The notes: generated by a model from the sequence alone, not told the origin. A stretch of 64,000 nucleotides of DNA from Eledone cirrhosa (GCA_964016885.1 OZ024745.1:114948001-115012000); one strand, 5' to 3'. Positions 1 to 15,160 are shown, counted from the first letter of the stretch. Numbers and translations are program-made.

Positions 1-1359
1 GAATGGTTTATTCAAGGAACACTTGAAATTAGGTTCACACATTTAACGTGAGGAAAGAAAATGGAACAGATACACAAACAGGTAAAGGGGGCGGAAACAG
101 AAGAAACAAACACGTTTGGACTGAGAGACAAGTTGAAAGACAAGGACAGGCAGGCAAGACAGGCATCGATGTAACAAAAATATGTGTGCTGGTATGTAGA
201 AGTGGGGTGACAGAAATATGATAAAAGAAGGTTTGTTCACTGCTTAAATCGTGTCCTGTACAATAGAAGTTTGTTTTTCTCTCAACGGAATTTTCATTTA
301 GCTCCTGTCAATAATCCACATAAAGCCAATGACGAAAAAACTACATGGTCCACTCGACTGTCACAAATAGTAGCCATATTTCTGTTAAATTACAACCCTA
401 CCGTCTTTAAAATGGAAAAAGACAATATATAACTTAACCCTAGATACACCATCATTGCAAAAGAAAAAAAAGGGGAGGGGGATAGTATGTCAGAGCTGTA
501 ACGCATTTTATCAAACGTATGATTACACGTAAATGCAGGGGCGGACTCACGAATTTGAGGCCCTTCTCTAAAAAAAAAAATCGGATAAAGAATGTTTAAT
601 AACTATACATTATTATTTATTAATGATTACAAAATTAAATAATATATATAATTTTTGATTTAGTGTTAAAGAATAAAAACTAATGATAAAATAAATAGTA
701 GTGAAAGAGTGAAGAATAACATGGTCGGCTGTACAAAAAGGGTTTTATTTACAGTATTAACAATTGTTTCATTGATCAGGTGAGTCTAAAGGCCACTAAT
801 CACACGAAGTTGCGTCACACATGGCACTGGTATTTATAAAATAATAAATATATAGATTTTTTTTAATTGAGGCCCCCAAGGGTGTGTTGCCTTAAGTTAT
901 AGTGTATTTAGCTTACAGGTAAGTCCAGCACAACCGAAAGGTCTTTTGAAAAAAAAAGAAATTGGGGAAGAAATACATATTGGAAACATAATCCTAGATA
1001 ACTTATGTCTGAAAAAGACTTGATGGTCACAAGTGGAACGTCATTGATGCAATGGTTTGTACTATCAAATGACAACTATTTAAACTACAAGGTCAACTTA
1101 GCTTTTCAACCTTCCAGCCTCGTTAAAATAAAGTACTAGCCAAGTACTGGAGTCAATTTAATCTATTTACCCACTTCATTCTTATTGCTGGTTCTGTGCC
1201 TAAATTAGAAACTATTTGATTGGCAGAATTGTTAGAACATCAGGAAAAATTCCTTGTGGTATCCCTTCCAATGTTGAGTTCAAATCCTGCCAATGTCAAC
1301 TTTGCCTACCATTCATCTGAGGTTGTTAAAATAAAGTACCAATGAAGTACTGTGGTTGA

Positions 1360-1620
1360 AACAGTGTGCAGACTGTTCAATTCAACAGTTTCTGCTCCAA
1401 CAGTTAAATGGTATGGGCAAAAGTGGTTCCATATGGCACCAAATAGCACGAAGATCCCTTAGTTCAATCAGGAGGTTAAAGATGCCATCCAAGCAAAGCA
1501 TGGAAATAAGTCCTCCCTCATTCTTGCACTCACAGAAGAAGCAGATGTGAAAAGTCACAGAAGTGACACTAAAAGTGTCCAAGGCTAAGATATGGGAAGA
1601 CTTTGGGGTTAAGCTAAATC
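1360..1620 (+). mobile_element. Old RTE linker-region relic
   Basis: FNQEVKDAIQAK and SKAKIWEDFGVKL resemble the EN-RT linker of RTE ORFs. Confidence 0.5.
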
Positions 1621-2029
1621 TATCAATAAAAATAAATAAATTGTCTGTGTTTTGCTAAAAATATACATTATATTGCTCATGCTCAAACATTATAAATATA
1701 GTATTAAATGAATAGTGATTTGAGAAAAAGTAAAATGAAGAATTTGAGAAAAGGAATATATATTTCCATGTGTATATTCCAATCAGAAAAAAATAATGAA
1801 AAAGGGTGAAAAAAAAACAACTTTGTGCAAACACTATAAGTGTTCAATGTCTCAACAGATGACAATTACTTGTGTATGTTGTGTGTGCACATCCAGTTAA
1901 GCATTCTTTGCCTATCAAAATCTCTCCACTGAGTATGCATATTCCTCCTTTAACTCTTATGTTAACTCTCTTTGTATCTCTTTTTTACTCTTTATATGAT
2001 GTCAAATAACTAACCAACACATCAGAACC

Positions 2030-2136
2030 TCAAATCCCGCCGAGGTTAACTTTGCCTTTTATCCTTACGGGGTCGATAAAATAAAGTACCAGCAATGTAC
2101 TGGGTAATTGATGGCCTTGTGCCAAAAGTGGAAACA
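2030..2136 (+). mobile_element. SINE family A, 5'-truncated
   Basis: TCAAATCCCGCCGAGGTTAACTTTGCC...GGCCTTGTGCCAAAAG. Older degenerate copies at ~1090-1355 and ~3686-3870. Confidence 0.82.
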
Positions 2137-4254
2137 CTTATTTTATTTTTGGAAAGAGAGAGAGGGGGGGGGGGAGAAAGCAATGTGACAATTATGCATT
2201 TTGCTTTTCTCATAAATGTCAAACAAAAAAACTAAAACTACTGCCATCACTTGCAATCAAAGATGACTTTATAGCATGTACGATACTTTTGCTTCTGGTT
2301 TTAGGTGTTCATTAGTTGCAAGTAAATACAGCCTTTCTTCCATGACCCAACAGAACATCCTGGATGTGACCATTGGAGGGAGGCAAATGTTATAAGCACT
2401 GAGCTGATACAGTCCTTATAAATTTTGAAAGGATAAAAAAGTAAAGTAGACCATGGCAGGATTTGCATGTGAAGTACAGAGAGCTGGAACAAATCTCGCA
2501 AGATTCAAGGCAAACTCACTAGTTTTGGCATCATGATAAAATACACTCAGTATACTCTGTAAAATGGTTGACATTAAGAAAAAACATGCAAAAAGGAACA
2601 TATGACCTATCTAGTCTCAGACTCTTATGACATGTCCAACCCATACCAGCATGGCAAACGGATGTAAAATGATGGTGATTCTATCCAACAGACTGGAATA
2701 TTTTAACTTCTCATTACCCTTCTCTAATAACAGTCTAAGTACCAAGAACAATGATAGGAAGCCAGACCAAAGATATTGAGTTATGTTCCCTCTTTATATT
2801 CTGATTTCAAATGAAATCAGGATTTTAGTTTGCATTTTCATCTCTCCAGGGTCAATAAAATAAAGTGTAAAATCTGCCACGAGTCCAGAGGCTCATCAAG
2901 CCAGTGTTTACCCCAGTTTCCATGGAGTTAAGCAACTGAGAGTACAAGACTTTCCCCTGGATAGGACACCAGTCCATCACAGTGTTAAACTCCCAGGTAC
3001 ACATTTTAAGTTGAATATACAGAGCAATGTGAAATGAAGTATTTTGCTGAAGAACAACACAGAACTCAGTCCAGGATTCGAACCAACGACATTATGATCA
3101 TAAGTCCAACACTCTTAAGTAGCCATCAAATACTGGACACTGAATTGTTCAGACCTCCCTCAAGTAAATGTATTATCTTGTAACAAATATTGATGATGAT
3201 TATAATTATGACAATGATATTCTATATTTAAAGGTGGTACAATAGACGAAATAGCAGAGCACAAGCCTAAATGTTTTACACTATGTATTAAGTTTCTTAA
3301 CTCATTTTACTCTTGTCATTGCCACCCCAGCAAATATACAATGAGCACCCAAATATTGTAATGAGGTAGCACTTGTGACCAGATAAAACACACGCAGTCT
3401 AGCATAGGAGAGGGTTGTGCTAGTGCCATGACAAAAAGTTCACAGGCCATCCTTTTAAGGTGGTGCCATGGCAAAAAGCACTGAGTGCACACTAAGGGGT
3501 TTGGAATTAGGAAGGGCATCCAGCCATAGTAAACCAAACCCAAAATGGAGTGTATGAGCAAGATGTAGTTACTGGACCTGACTAGTCTCATAATGTGACA
3601 ACCCATCTAACCCATGAAGGCCTGGAAAATAGATGTTAAAAAGTGATGATGATTATGATTTAGTTTCTTAATTCTCCACTCTCACTTCAAATCCTGCCCA
3701 GGTTGAAATTGCCTTTTACTTTTCCAGCATCAATAACATTATATTGACTTATTTGACTGGTACATTACCTGTCATATCAATAATTAGGTGCATTTCCTGT
3801 CATATCAATAATTACAGTGGAATATAACTGTTCCCTAGCAATGTGGCCTTGTACTAATATGAGAAATCACTGTTGTTACAGGGCAGATAGCAAAAATATT
3901 AGTACAGCACCAAAGGAGAATCTGTATGGTCACCCAACTTGTTCTCACTCTACCATCTTAAAAAAAAAAATGGAATGACACATCAGATAACATAGTCCTG
4001 AAAATACAAAATGATAGAATGGTCACAGCTGGAATATTTTGGATCCTAGGGAAAGCAGATGCTAAACGATGATGATATATTTATGTTTAAATGACAGACA
4101 TATGTGAATGCAAGCTGTGAACTCTGCAAGCTACTAATAGCATGATAAAACCCAATCAGTCCACACAGTAAAACACACAACTTTGTATTGAGGAAGATGA
4201 AAAGAACTACATAGCAACCCATAGAAACCAGGCTAGCATGGAAAGAAGAATGTA

Positions 4255-4575
4255 AAATGTTGTATACACATAGGTGCAGGCATGGCTGTGTGGTTAAGGA
4301 GATTGTGAAAAAATAGTGAAAGATGTTGTATACACATTCACAGATATAGGTGCAGACATGGCTGTGATTAAGGAGTTCACTTCACAACATAGGTACAGAC
4401 AGAGCTCTGAGGTTCAGAAGTTTGCTTCACAACCATAGAATCCATGCCAGCATGCAAAGAGTGGAAAATGTTGTATACACATACAACATACAGGTGCAGA
4501 GATGGCTGTGTGGTTAAGGAGTTTGCTTCACAATTATGTAGTTCTTTGGCAAGTGTCTTCTATCATAGTCTTGAG
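4255..4575 (+). repeat. Tandemly reiterated SINE-head-like units (TAGGTGCAG.CATGGCTGTGTGGTTAAGGAG)
   Basis: About four imperfect repeats; related head at ~61566-61660. Confidence 0.55.
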
Positions 4576-4595
4576 TTGTAAGCATATATATATAA

Positions 4596-4634
<39 letters not shown>

Positions 4635-4901
4635 CATGTGAATGTATGTGTGTGTATGTGTGAGTGTGTCCAGCCATTGCTATAAAGGAAAACAGACATT
4701 AAATAATGATGGATGGATGTTGTATTTGTTTAAGTCCCATAACTTAGCAGTTTGACAAAAAGAGATTGATAAAAATAAGTACTGGAATTGATATAATCAA
4801 TTCAGTTCAGTGGCTAAAACCAGTAAAAAAGTCAAACAAGTTGAAATATGTCAATAAATATACTTTTTAAAAATATTTGAAAAAAAAACAGAAATTAACA
4901 G

Positions 4902-4987
4902 AAGAAAAATTCCTTGTTCACCAAGACACATCAACAATTGTTCCTGAACAATTGTTGATGTGTCTTGATGAACAAAGAATTTTTCTT
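4902..4987. other. Near-perfect palindrome, 42-bp arms, 2-nt spacer
   Basis: AAGAAAAATTCCTTGTTCACCAAGACACATCAACAATTGTTC-CT-GAACAATTGTTGATGTGTCTTGATGAACAAAGAATTTTTCTT; two mismatches. Confidence 0.9.
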
Positions 4988-6099
4988 GTGTGTATACAAG
5001 GACATATTTCTAATATAAATATCTATGCACAACATAGCATATAAGAGAAACCTAAGATAAATTTAACTGTATATAATTACAGTATTTGAATATTTCGCTA
5101 AAATTAGCTTAAATAGAGAGGAAGAGGAAGAAGGGTAATACATTTTTAGATTATTCTTTTCAGATCCAGTCACATAACTGGTGTGGTATCCAGGGCAGTC
5201 CATGAATCCCCCTGCCCCTCAAATATATACAACAGATCCAAAAGTGCCATTCCCATAAAAGTACTGCCTGGGGTTAACTACTCCAATTACGCTCACTCAC
5301 AGCTCAAGCTATGCTAGGTGGATAACCAAATTGATGACAAACCAACAACGTAACCTCTATAACAGAAGGTTTGATGAACTATTGCTGATAAAACCACAAC
5401 TGTAAATAAATAGTTTAAACACTTATGTAGTGCCGGGCACGCCATAAATTTATTATACAAGCAAATCATACAAATATATTAGGGTCAAACCTAAAGATTA
5501 TTTCATATTTTAGTAAACAGTTTTGTTTGTATAATTATGACATTACACATGTCATAACAGCCCACATGCACCCCGAGCGCTCCAAGATGCCCATGTATTC
5601 TCTATGAGGCCACTCAACAAGTAGGAATAGCAGTAAAATCTACCTAAAATTACACCATACTGTCTTAAAGGAAACACACAAAGACGGGGGGGGGGGGGGG
5701 GCAGGTGTATGTGTGTTGTAAATAGAGTTTCCTTTATGATTTAGCTTCCAAGGTAGCTGCCTATAATTGTATGGTTAGCTACGAAGAAAAAATAACAGCC
5801 TATTTAAAATATGTAAAACTCATTAGTGCTGAAGCTACTATAAAATGCATCTAGTACACTCTAAAATAGTAGCAACCAAACTAAAACAATGAAGGGTTGA
5901 GAGGACCTTTTGGGGACCTAACAAATTGTCTAGTATTGGTGTTACAATGAACAGCACTCTCTAATGTTGTTGGTCTTATGAAGGGTATCCAGTTGTAGCA
6001 ACCGTGCCAAAAATAAAACATACGAGCGAGATGAGGTTCTTCAACCTGTCTAGTCTCAAAAATGTAATGACATGTCCAACCCATGGAAAGCGAACATAA

Positions 6100-6196
6100 A
6101 ATAATTGTTTCTACTTTAGGCACAAGGCCAGCAATTATCCAGTGCATTACTGGTACTTTATTTTATCGACCCCGTAAGGATGAAAGGCAAAGTTAA
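6100..6196 (-). mobile_element. SINE family A, 3' half
   Basis: Reverse complement of core and tail, followed by short duplications of its end (6197-6241). Confidence 0.82.
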
Positions 6197-7871
6197 ATAA
6201 TTGTTTCTACATTTGGCAAAGTTAAATAATTGTTTCTACTTGTGTGTGTGTGTGTGTGTGAATGTCAGTGCCTTTGTTTATGTTCAAATCACTTAGCAAC
6301 CAATGTTGTTCATGCCCTGTAACTTAGCAGTCAGACAACTAGAAATCAATGAAATAAATGGTATAGTCCTGTAACTCCTGATGGAGTCGTAGCGGCAGCG
6401 TATTGACATACAGTGTTTCTTGAGCATTTTAAGCATGGCGGAGCCCGTCTCATCTCCAGAGCTGAGTACAGCAGATTTCTCCCAGAGAAGGATAGAAAAT
6501 GATAAACAGGAAGTGATAAAGAGAAAGTATAGGGGAAAAAATAGTTTGTCGATAATTCCTGGTATTTTAGAATTTTATCCCGTTTAGTTACGGATGCGGT
6601 GACTCACTTTCACCTCAACAGCCATTATGTCTAAATCTATCTCTAGTCAGGAATCCCATTAGGCCTGTGCTTACCCTACTTTCCTTGGCATTAAACGACT
6701 GGGTACGACTTGCCCCCTCGACAAGGCGACAGTCCGTCATAGGGTTCAACCTCCATCAAGTACTGATAGTCATTTTAAGCTGAGTATACTGAAGCAACTT
6801 GAAATGAAGTGTTTTGCTCAAGAACACAACACACAAGTTGTTTCAGAAATCGAACCCACGACATTCTGATCGTAAGTTCAACAGCCTAACCACTAGACCA
6901 CGCGCCTTCACTATGTGGAAAGGAGTAAAAGTGTCGCAAACTGTGGCATCCCAAAGGAAACATCTACCGCTTACGCAAGGGACAAAAGGGGAAAGACTAC
7001 CTGGTATCTTCCCATCAATCCTCGACAGTCCAGCTGGCTCCAGAATTGAGAGGATATTGGCTCGAATCAGGTCTCGCTCGATAATTTCAGATCGGTACGG
7101 CGATCAAAGCTACCTGCATTCAAGCAGCAAGACAACCTATGGAGACAAGAGGCATGCCACAACGACATACATTCCTATACACCGGCTAAAACATTTGAGT
7201 CTTTATGTGTTTATGTAAGAAATGACAGACTGAGAAATAGACACCCAAACAATCAAACACAGCTGTGCCCGGAAAGTTGTTATATTCTCGACGAGAATTT
7301 CCCCACAAACAACTGTTGATATCTCAAACAGTATATAGTAAGCTGGGCTCTCAACTATACATAACCGCATACAAAACAGTCTATACAGGTTATGAAGGAC
7401 ACGCTAAATATTTTTTATTATTTAATATTTTAAGAAATCAAAATACACCCACACATTCAAATACAAATCCGAGCCAGGATTAATTTAAGCGATAAACCAA
7501 TATAAATACATATGTGCACACTCGCACATATATGTGTTTGTGTATGTATGTATATATATAGATAGATAGATGAATATAGAGAGATTACACACACACAGTA
7601 GCACATCCCACCCTCGAAAACAGTTGTGTGTGATAGTGACATTGAATGAAAACTAATATACCACGTATATATGTGTATATGTGTGTGTAAAACAGTAAAC
7701 ACCATTGATTAATAAAGCCACATCGATCACCGGGTTTCTTAAGTCTCTGTCTATCTATATATATATATATATAATTGCCTGTTGCTTTAGAGAAGCGACT
7801 TTGTCACGAAAATAATAGTAATTTGTTAACAATATGCTTACTTCATCTTAACACACAAAAACGTACGTACA

Positions 7872-7998
7872 AGGCGGCGAATTGGCAGAGTCGTTAGAAC
7901 GTCGACGAGAATGCTTTGCGGAATTCGCTAAGGCTCTCTGTGTTCTGAGTTCAAATCCTGCTGAGGTCAACTTATCCTTTCGAGGTCGATAAAAAAAA
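7872..7998 (+). mobile_element. SINE family A, diverged 5' half
   Basis: GGCGGCGAATTGGCAGAGTCGTTAG head, GAGTTCAAATCC B-box, GAGGTCGATAAAA core. Confidence 0.72.
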
Positions 7999-8176
7999 TC
8001 CGTTCTTCCTCTATATTTCGGTCTCACTTCCTCGCCACCACACCCGTGCCTACCCTGGAAGATATCTGGTGTGTTTAGACCTGGAAAGACTATGGGTTCC
8101 GCATGGGTTAGAGAATGCTCAGAAAAACATAGTATGTCATTGCGGCACCCCTAAGGCTCCACCAGGAATTACGGGT

Positions 8177-8184
8177 ATATATGT

Positions 8185-8230
<46 letters not shown>

Positions 8231-8522
8231 GAGAAGGTATTGGATTGATATATGCATATATATCAATCCAATACCTTCTCACTCGTAATGGAGGAACCCC
8301 TCTCCAGTTGATCCCAACCGCTTCCTTTTGATTTTGGTCATGTCAAGTGTCTAGCCATACTTACCACACTTGGTCAACTGCAGGTTGCCAAGGTTATTTA
8401 ACCGATAGTATATATATATATACCACACACACATTTATATACTGAATATATATATATATACCACACACACACATATATATATATACCACATATATATATA
8501 TATACCACATATATATAGAAAC

Positions 8523-8553
<31 letters not shown>
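8177..8553. repeat. (CA)n/(TA)n and TACCAC(AT)n microsatellite with unique island; left edge of the field
   Basis: Read directly. The same ACCAC(AT)n unit resumes right of the RTE at 10661. Confidence 0.9.
8230..8281. other. Perfect inverted repeat, 24-bp arms, 4-nt spacer
   Basis: TGAGAAGGTATTGGATTGATATAT-GCAT-ATATATCAATCCAATACCTTCTCA. Confidence 0.9.
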
Positions 8554-8558
<5 letters not shown>

Positions 8559-10660
8559 ACCAGACAGAGAGTGACCTGGTGGTGGAACAGCACAGTAGAT
8601 AAGGCCATTAGAGACAAAAGACTAGCATGGAAGGCTTGGAAAAAGGGTGGGAGTAGGGAAGAATATACAGCCACTAAGAGAGAAGCTAGACATCAGGTGT
8701 ACTTAGCACGCAGGGAGGCGGAGAGTAGGAGGTTTGCCAATGTTCTGCGATGGGAAGATCAGAGGCGTGCGGTGTTCCACATTGCAAGGCAGTGTGTCAA
8801 TGCAAAGCAGGATGTTGTTGGAGATAAATGTGTCCGGGATGATGCTGGTGTACTTAGTGTCATGAATGATCAGAAAAAGGAGGCCTGGAAATGTCATTAT
8901 GAGAGACTGATGAATGTGGAGAACAAATGGGAGAGAGAGAAATTACCCTTGGTAGATCCGACAGAGGGACCAGCTATTGAGATTGACGAATATAGGGTCC
9001 AAGAGGCGATTAGGGAAATGAAAAATGGTAAGGCTGCCGGACCATCGGGAATAGTTGCTGAGATGCTGAAGGCATCAGGGAACGTAGGCACTAAACTGGT
9101 TGCATGCATCATCAATCAGGCTATATATGGTGGTGTCATACCCAAAGACTGGTGCAGCAGTATTCTCATAAATTGCTACAAAGGTAAAGGGGTTGCTCTG
9201 GAGAGGAGCAATTATAGGAGTATAAAACTGATAGATCAGGTTATGAAAGTGGCAGAAAGGATTTTAGCACAACTAATTAGAGAAAGGGTCAAACTAGATG
9301 AGATGCAGTTTGGTTTTGTGCCTGGGAAGAGTACAACAGATGCCCTCTTCTTGGTGAGACAATTGCAAGAGAGGTTCTTAGAGAAGAATAAGCCACTATA
9401 CTTAGCCTTTGTTGACTTAGAGAAGGCCTTTGATAGGGTACCCCGATCTGTCATCTGGTGGTCCCTAAGGAAGCTAGGTGTTGAGGAATGGCTTGTGAGG
9501 ACAGTGCAAACTTTGTACAGGGGTACTCTCAGAAAAGTCAGAGTAGGAATGGAGTTTAGTGAGGAATTCCAGATACAAGTAGGAGTACATCAGGGTTCGG
9601 TCCTCAGCCCGATCTTGTTCATTATAGGCATCCAAGCCATAACAGAGGAGTTTAAGACTGGCTGTCCATGGGAACTTCTCTATGCTGACGATCTGGTTCT
9701 TATAGCAGAATCAGTAGAGGAGCTAGAGAATAAATTCTGGCTATGGAAACAGTAGTTGGAAGCAAGAGGACTGAGAGTGAATCTAGCTAAGACGAAAGTG
9801 TTGATGAGTAGAAAAGAGGACAAAACCCTGATTCTGTTCAATATGCATAAAAGGAACTGGCATAAATTCTATAAAATGCACACAATACATATCCTGGGTA
9901 CACAAGGGATGTAGCGGGTTAGCAGGCAAACTAACAGGTAGGGAGAAATATGTATGCAGTAGATGTACAGGGAAATTAGACAGTAGAAGTCGCATTGATA
10001 GACACATTTTTCAAATGCAGGAGGGCGCTATAGAAGTGGTGGATAGCTTCCGGTACCTAGGAGATCAGATTAGCATGGGAGGAGGGTGTTCCGAGGCCAT
10101 AGTATCTAGAATAAGGACGGGTTGGAAGAAGTTTAGGGAGCTGCTTCCTCTGTTGATGAAGAAGGGTTTCTCCCTGCGTATGAAAGGCCGGTTGTATGAT
10201 GCCTGTGTGAGGAGCGCGATGCTGCATGGTAGTGAGATATGGGCAGCAACTGCAGAGGATATGCGACAGCTGGAGAGAAATGAGGCAAGCATGCTCCGTT
10301 GGATGTGCAGTGTAAATGTGCGTGAACGACCCAGCATAAATGTGTTGAGAGAGAAACTGTGTCTGGGAGGGATAGAATGTAGTGTACGGGAGAGGAGACT
10401 GAGGTGGTATGGACATGTGATGTGCATGGAGGATGACCGATGGGTGAAGAAGTGTCAGGAAATGCCAGTTGAAGGAAGACATGGTAGAGGTAGACCACGA
10501 AAAACATGGGCGGAGGTGGTGAGAACAGACCTCAGATCATTGAAGCTCACGGTGGAGATGACAAAGGACCGTGACGAGTGGAGAGATGCTGTGCTGAATA
10601 AGGCCCGTCCCACCCTTGCAAGCAAGGAAAAGCGGACGTATGATGATGATAATGATGATG
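8554..10660 (+). mobile_element. 5'-truncated RTE-clade LINE (RT domain, pseudogenised)
   Basis: RT motifs GKAAGPSGI, QFGFVPGKSTTDA, FVDLEKAFDRV, GVHQGSVLSP, YADD (9681-9692), [22 protein letters not shown]. In-frame TAG at 9753-9755 and a frameshift near 9834. 3' tail GGAAAAGCGGACGTA(TGA)n. Confidence 0.93.
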
Positions 10661-11102
10661 ATATACCACATATATATATATATTTATATATATATATATA
10701 TATATATATACTATATATATATATACCACATATATATATATATAGAGAGAGAGAGACCACATATATATATATAGAGAGAGAGAGACCACATACATATATA
10801 TATAGACCATATATATATATATATATATAGACCAGGTATATATATATAAACATAGACGAGGTATATATATATATATATATAGACCAGGTATATATATATA
10901 TATAGACCAGGTATATATATATATAGACCAGGTATATATATATATATAGACCAGGTATATATATATATATAGACCAGGTATATATATATATAGACCAGGT
11001 ATATATATATATAGACCAGGTATATATATATATATATATAGACCAGGTATATATATATATATATATAGACCAGGTATATATATATATATATATATAGACC
11101 AC

Positions 11103-11136
<34 letters not shown>

Positions 11137-11214
11137 CACTTATATATATATATATATAGACCAGGTATATATATATATATATAGACCACGTATATATATA
11201 TATATATAGACCAC

Positions 11215-11248
<34 letters not shown>

Positions 11249-11313
11249 CACGTATATATATATATATATATATATATAGACCACGTATATATATATATAT
11301 ATATATAGACCAC

Positions 11314-11345
<32 letters not shown>

Positions 11346-11410
11346 CACGTATATATATATATATATATATATAGACCACGTATATATATATATATATATA
11401 TATAGACCAC

Positions 11411-11455
<45 letters not shown>

Positions 11456-12594
11456 ATATATATATATAGACCATATATATATATATATATATAGACCATA
11501 TATATATATAGACCATATATATATATATAGACCATATATATATATATAGACCATATATATATATATATAGACCATATATATATATATATATAGACCATAT
11601 ATATATATATATATAGACCATATATATATATATAGACCATATATATATATATATATAGACCATATATATATATATAGACCATATATATATATATAGACCA
11701 TATATATATATATATATATATAGACCATATATATATATATATATAGACCATATATATATATATATATATAGACCATATATATATATATATATAGACCATA
11801 TATATATATATATATAGACCATATATATATATATATATAGACCATATATATATATATAGACCATATATATATATATATATATATAGACCATATATATATA
11901 TATATATACAGACCATATATATATATATATATACAGACCATATATATATATATATAGACCATATATATATATATATACAGACCATATATATATATATATA
12001 TATATATAGACCATATATATATATATACAGACCATATATATATATATATATATAGACCATATATATATATATACAGACCATATATATATATATATATATA
12101 TAGACCATATATATATATATATATATATATAGACCATATATATATATATAGACCATATATATATATATACAGACCATATATATATATATATATAGACCAT
12201 ATATATATATATATATACAGACCATATATATATATATATATATAGACCATATATATATATATACAGACCATATATATATATATAGACCATATATATATAG
12301 ACCATATATATATAGACCATATATATATAGACCATATATATATATAGACCATATATATATATAGACCATATATATATATAGACCATATATATATATAGAC
12401 CATATATATATATATATATATATATAGACCATATATATATATATATATATATAGACCATATATATATATATATATATATAGACCATATATATATATATAT
12501 ATATATATAGACCATATATATATATATATATATATAGACCATATATATATATATATATATATATAGACCATATATATATATATATATATATAGA

Positions 12595-12628
<34 letters not shown>

Positions 12629-12656
12629 CATATATATATATATATATTTATATAGA

Positions 12657-12697
<41 letters not shown>

Positions 12698-12720
12698 CCA
12701 TATATATATATATATATAGA

Positions 12721-12756
<36 letters not shown>

Positions 12757-12840
12757 CATATATATATATATATATATATATAGACCATATATATATATAT
12801 ATATATAGACCATATATATATATATATATATATATATAGA

Positions 12841-12876
<36 letters not shown>

Positions 12877-12905
12877 CATATATATATATATATATATATA
12901 TAGAC

Positions 12906-12940
<35 letters not shown>

Positions 12941-13018
12941 CATATATATGTATATATATAGACCCCATATATATATGTATATATATAGACCCCATATATA
13001 TATATATATATATAGACC

Positions 13019-13060
<42 letters not shown>

Positions 13061-13123
13061 CCCATATATATATATATATATATATAGACCCCATATATAT
13101 ATATATATATATATATATAGACC

Positions 13124-13162
<39 letters not shown>

Positions 13163-13170
13163 TGTAGACC

Positions 13171-13218
<48 letters not shown>

Positions 13219-13238
13219 CCCATATATATATATAGACA

Positions 13239-13282
<44 letters not shown>

Positions 13283-13415
13283 CCCATATATATATATATA
13301 TATATATAGACCCCATATATATATATATATAGACCCCATATATATATATATATATATATATAGATAGACCCCACATATATATATATATATAGACCCCACA
13401 TATATATATATATAG

Positions 13416-13476
<61 letters not shown>

Positions 13477-13477
13477 C

Positions 13478-13517
<40 letters not shown>

Positions 13518-14317
13518 CCCATATATATACATATATACATATATATATAGACCCCATATATATACATATATACCACATATATAAATATATATACCACATA
13601 TATATATATATATATACCACATATATATATACCACATATATATATACACCACATATATATATGTACCACATATATATATACACCACATACATATATATTT
13701 ATATATACCACATATATACCATATATATATATATATCACATATATATACCACATATATATATCACATATATATACCACATATATATATATATATATCACA
13801 TATATATACCACATATATATATATATATATCACATATATATACCACACATATATATATATATATACCACATATATACCATATATATATATATATACCACA
13901 TATATACCATATATATATATATATCACATATATATATATATATATACACCACATATATATATATATATATACCACATCTATATATATATACCACATCTAT
14001 ATATATATACCACATCTATATATATATACCACATCTATATATATATATATACCACATCTATATATATATATATACCACATATATATATGTACCACACATA
14101 TATACATATACCACATATCTATACATATACCACATATCTATACATATACCACATATCTATACATATACCACATATATATATACATATACCACATATATAT
14201 ATATACATATACCACATATATATACACATATACCACATATATATATACATATACCACATATATATATACATATACCACATATATATATATAACACATATA
14301 TATATATATTTATATAC

Positions 14318-14369
<52 letters not shown>

Positions 14370-14418
14370 ACACATATATATATACACATACCACACACAG
14401 ATATATATAGATATATAC

Positions 14419-14452
<34 letters not shown>

Positions 14453-14453
14453 C

Positions 14454-14485
<32 letters not shown>

Positions 14486-14491
14486 CCACAC

Positions 14492-14532
<41 letters not shown>

Positions 14533-14536
14533 ACAC

Positions 14537-14583
<47 letters not shown>

Positions 14584-14687
14584 ACACACATATATATATA
14601 TACCACACACACATATATATACCACACACACATATATATACCACACACACATATATACCACACACACATATATATATATAGACATAC

Positions 14688-14723
<36 letters not shown>

Positions 14724-14959
14724 ATATATACACAGACATATATATAGACATATATATATATATTTATATATATATATATATATACACAGACATATATATA
14801 GACATATATATATATATTTATATATATATATATACACAGACATATATATAGACATATATATATATAGACATAGATATATATATATATATACACAGACATA
14901 TATATAGACATATATATATATAGACATAGATATATATATATATATATATATATAGACAT

Positions 14960-14998
<39 letters not shown>

Positions 14999-15111
14999 TA
15001 GATATATATATATATATATATAGACAGATATATATATATATACACATAGACATAGATATATATATATATATATATACACATAGACATAGATATATATATA
15101 CACATAGACAT

Positions 15112-15160
<49 letters not shown>

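Noticed and set aside
2301-2601. Short minus-strand ORFs as exons
   Set aside because: No recognisable homology and no coherent splice structure.
8571-10830. Functional reverse transcriptase gene
   Set aside because: No endonuclease domain, an in-frame stop at 9753 and a frameshift near 9834.
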